DNA of 64,000 nucleotides, taken from the NCBI GenBank assembly GCA_002483465.1, contig DLHX01000018.1:5285-69284 (forward strand). The letters are read 5' to 3'. Positions 62,035 through 64,000 of this stretch are shown here, in pieces (position 1 is the stretch's first letter; every line of letters starts with the position of its first letter). Both the position numbers and the translations under genes were made by a program. Below the pieces are notes generated by a model that saw only the letters and a list, made by a program, of their open reading frames with translations, made no database searches and was not told the DNA's origin. Origin of the DNA: Micavibrio sp. UBA7657. Lineage in GTDB: Bacteria; Pseudomonadota; Alphaproteobacteria; Micavibrionales; Micavibrionaceae.

Positions 62035-63380
62035 GAATAATGCCCGCGCTCCTGATTTTATTCATCGCCTTCCCGGCTCATGCGCGGGACAAGGTGCTTG
62101 ATATCGAACAAGTCACTAGCCCCGGCGGCATCAAGGCCTGGCTCGTAGAAGACCACAGCGTACCGGTCATCGCCATGCAATTCGGCTTTCGCGGCGTCGG
62201 CGGCGCGTTAGACCCGGTCGACAAGCAAGGCCTTTCACGCATGCTGTCCAACACGCTGGATGAAGGTGCGGGCGAACTGGATTCGCAGACCTTCCAGAAA
62301 GAACTGCGCGACCTTTCGATTGGGCTGAGCTTCGGTTCGGACCGCGATGATTTTTCGGGATCATTAAAAACCTTGAGCCAGAACAAAAAGCGTGCCTTCG
62401 AACTCACGGCGCTCGCCCTTACAAAACCGCGCTTCGACGAGGAACCCGTCAAACGCATGCGTGAGGCGAACCAGAGCCGTATCCGGTCCTCGCTCACCGA
62501 TCCGGACTGGATGACGGCGCGGATCATGAACGACCGGGCTTTCGAGGGGCATGTTTATTCGCAGAATAGCGGCGGCTCGCTCTCGAGCCTTGAGAAAATC
62601 AGCCCGGAAGATTTGCGTGCCTTTCATAAAAATAATATCGGAAAAAATAACCTTGTCGTCGCCGTTTCCGGCGACATGACGAAAGAGGAACTGGCCACGA
62701 CACTTGATAATATCTTCGGCGACCTGCCAGACGTAAAACCGCCCGCACAAGCGCCGGACATCGCCCTGCAGAATGCGGGTAAAGTTTTTGTGTTCAAGCA
62801 AGACATTCCGCAAACAATCGTCGAAATGATGCAGCCCGGCATCGACCGCCATCATCCTGATTACCAACTCGCACAGGTTATGAATTTTGTTCTGGGGTCG
62901 TCGGGCTTTGGCTCGCGCCTGACCGAGGAAATCCGCGAGAAACGCGGCCTGACCTACGGCATTTACAGCTACTTCATCGACATGAAGCATTTCGACGGGC
63001 TGCAGGTTTCAACGTCGACCGAAACCAAAAATACTGCCGAAATGATTTCGCTGGTAAAAGTCGAATGGGAAAAAATGAAAAACGAGCCCATCAGCGAACA
63101 GGAACTTCAGGATGCTAAATCCTACCTTATCGGCTCTCTACCGCTCGGCCTGACTTCAACGGACGACATCGCGGGCCTCCTGCTTTCGTTGCAAATGGAT
63201 GAGATGCCGGTTGATTACCTAGAGCAACGCGAAGATAAAATCAAGAACGCCACGGCGGCCGATGTGCAGCGTGTCGCAAAAGAATTGCTCGATTCCAATA
63301 AAATGATCACGGTTCTGACTGGGAACCCGGAAAACATTGCCGGTTCCGTACCGATCGAGAAATTGCCCAATGTCGAATAA
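62031..63380 (+). CDS. M16 family peptidase-like protein lacking HxxEH
   Basis: Same fold and length as its neighbour but no HxxEH motif. ATGA-type overlap with the upstream gene. Confidence 0.82.
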   Translation: MRIMPALLILFIAFPAHARDKVLDIEQVTSPGGIKAWLVEDHSVPVIAMQFGFRGVGGALDPVDKQGLSRMLSNTLDEGAGELDSQTFQKELRDLSIGLSFGSDRDDFSGSLKTLSQNKKRAFELTALALTKPRFDEEPVKRMREANQSRIRSSLTDPDWMTARIMNDRAFEGHVYSQNSGGSLSSLEKISPEDLRAFHKNNIGKNNLVVAVSGDMTKEELATTLDNIFGDLPDVKPPAQAPDIALQNAGKVFVFKQDIPQTIVEMMQPGIDRHHPDYQLAQVMNFVLGSSGFGSRLTEEIREKRGLTYGIYSYFIDMKHFDGLQVSTSTETKNTAEMISLVKVEWEKMKNEPISEQELQDAKSYLIGSLPLGLTSTDDIAGLLLSLQMDEMPVDYLEQREDKIKNATAADVQRVAKELLDSNKMITVLTGNPENIAGSVPIEKLPNVE

Positions 63381-64000
63381 TCCGCAGCAATCGCGGGAAT
63401 GGAAAGCCCTGCAGGCGCACGCGAAGGCAATGAGCGACGTACACATGCGCGATCTGTTCGCGAAAGATTCCAAACGCTTTACCGCTCTTCATTTGCGCAC
63501 CAACGGCCTTACTTTCGATTACTCACGCAATCTCATTACCTCTGAAACACTGAAACTTCTTGTTGATTTAGCAAAGACGGCAGGCATTGCTTCCTGGCGA
63601 GACAGAATGTTCGCTGGCGAAAAAATAAATGTGACAGAGGGACGTGCATCGCTTCACGCGGCGCTGCGCGGCTCAGGCAATCCCTCGCTTAAAATCGATG
63701 GAGAAAATATCAAAGATTTTGTCCAGAAATCCCTGGCACAAATTGAATCGGTCAGCAAAAAAATTCGTAATGATAAAAATATCACCGATGTCGTTAATAT
63801 CGGGATCGGCGGATCGGACCTTGGCCCGCGCATCGTTTATGAAACGCTACAATCCTTTAATGACGGGCCGCGCGTGCATTTCGTTTCAAATGTCGACGGC
63901 GCGCGCATTACATCAGTTCTTAAAACCCTGAAGCCTGCGGGCACAGCTTTCATCGTGACATCGAAAACATTCACGACAATGGAAACATTAACAAACGCGA
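63370..64000 (+). CDS. pgi: glucose-6-phosphate isomerase, 3' end outside window
   Basis: Not in the ORF track because the frame stays open to the window edge. The translation is MSNNPQQSREWKALQAHA...GIGGSDLGP...FVSNVDG...SKTFTT.ET. Confidence 0.9.
   Translation, partial: MSNNPQQSREWKALQAHAKAMSDVHMRDLFAKDSKRFTALHLRTNGLTFDYSRNLITSETLKLLVDLAKTAGIASWRDRMFAGEKINVTEGRASLHAALRGSGNPSLKIDGENIKDFVQKSLAQIESVSKKIRNDKNITDVVNIGIGGSDLGPRIVYETLQSFNDGPRVHFVSNVDGARITSVLKTLKPAGTAFIVTSKTFTTMETLTNA

Overview
Gene-dense 64 kb chromosomal segment, almost certainly from an alphaproteobacterium. Supporting markers are a DUF1476/zeta F1-ATPase inhibitor, split pntAA/pntAB/pntB, an alpha-type L36, and a dcw cluster followed by lpxC-bamD-recN-ligA. 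Host genes are G+C-rich (one sampled 60-nt line in murC is 57% G+C). Left to right the window holds: pyrE (5' truncated), nadK, purC, zeta inhibitor, bolA-grxD, rodA-mrdA-mreDCB, rpmJ (41 aa, absent from the ORF track), and a cNMP-binding EAL phosphodiesterase abutting a CHASE2 adenylate/guanylate cyclase. The cyclase is co-oriented with a tolC-ABC-hlyD type I secretion operon. Then come pntAA/AB/B, a lysophospholipase-like hydrolase, ligA, recN, bamD, lpxC and the whole dcw cluster (ftsZ-ftsA-ftsQ-ddl ... murB-murC-murG-ftsW-murD-mraY-murE-ftsI-ftsL-rsmH-mraZ, minus strand). After that: RNase P RNA, ampD-like amidase, msrA, ileS, an AEC transporter, ribF, a DUF2282/DUF692/DUF2063 (bufferin-type RiPP) operon, lspA, a DUF3035 lipoprotein, two M16 peptidases and pgi (3' truncated). 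I saw no tRNA, rRNA, CRISPR array, transposase or integrase. Most interesting observations: (1) The canonical murF slot between murE and mraY holds only a 146-aa translationally coupled ORF that looks like a degenerate MurF C-terminal domain. A MurF-like ligase whose N-terminal domain is replaced by a polytopic membrane domain sits with an alpha/beta hydrolase on the opposite strand between ddl and murB. (2) Three AT-rich single-gene insertions are wedged with near-zero spacers into essential operons: a GIY-YIG/T5orf172 nuclease between murG and murC, a 149-aa membrane protein between murC and murB, and an HNH nuclease after ileS. (3) A dispersed 25-nt REP-like hairpin brackets the GIY-YIG gene in inverted orientation and also occurs in-frame inside ileS. 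(4) A cNMP to c-di-GMP signalling pair is physically linked to the T1SS. Manually derived coordinates for non-ORF features may be off by 1-2 nt.
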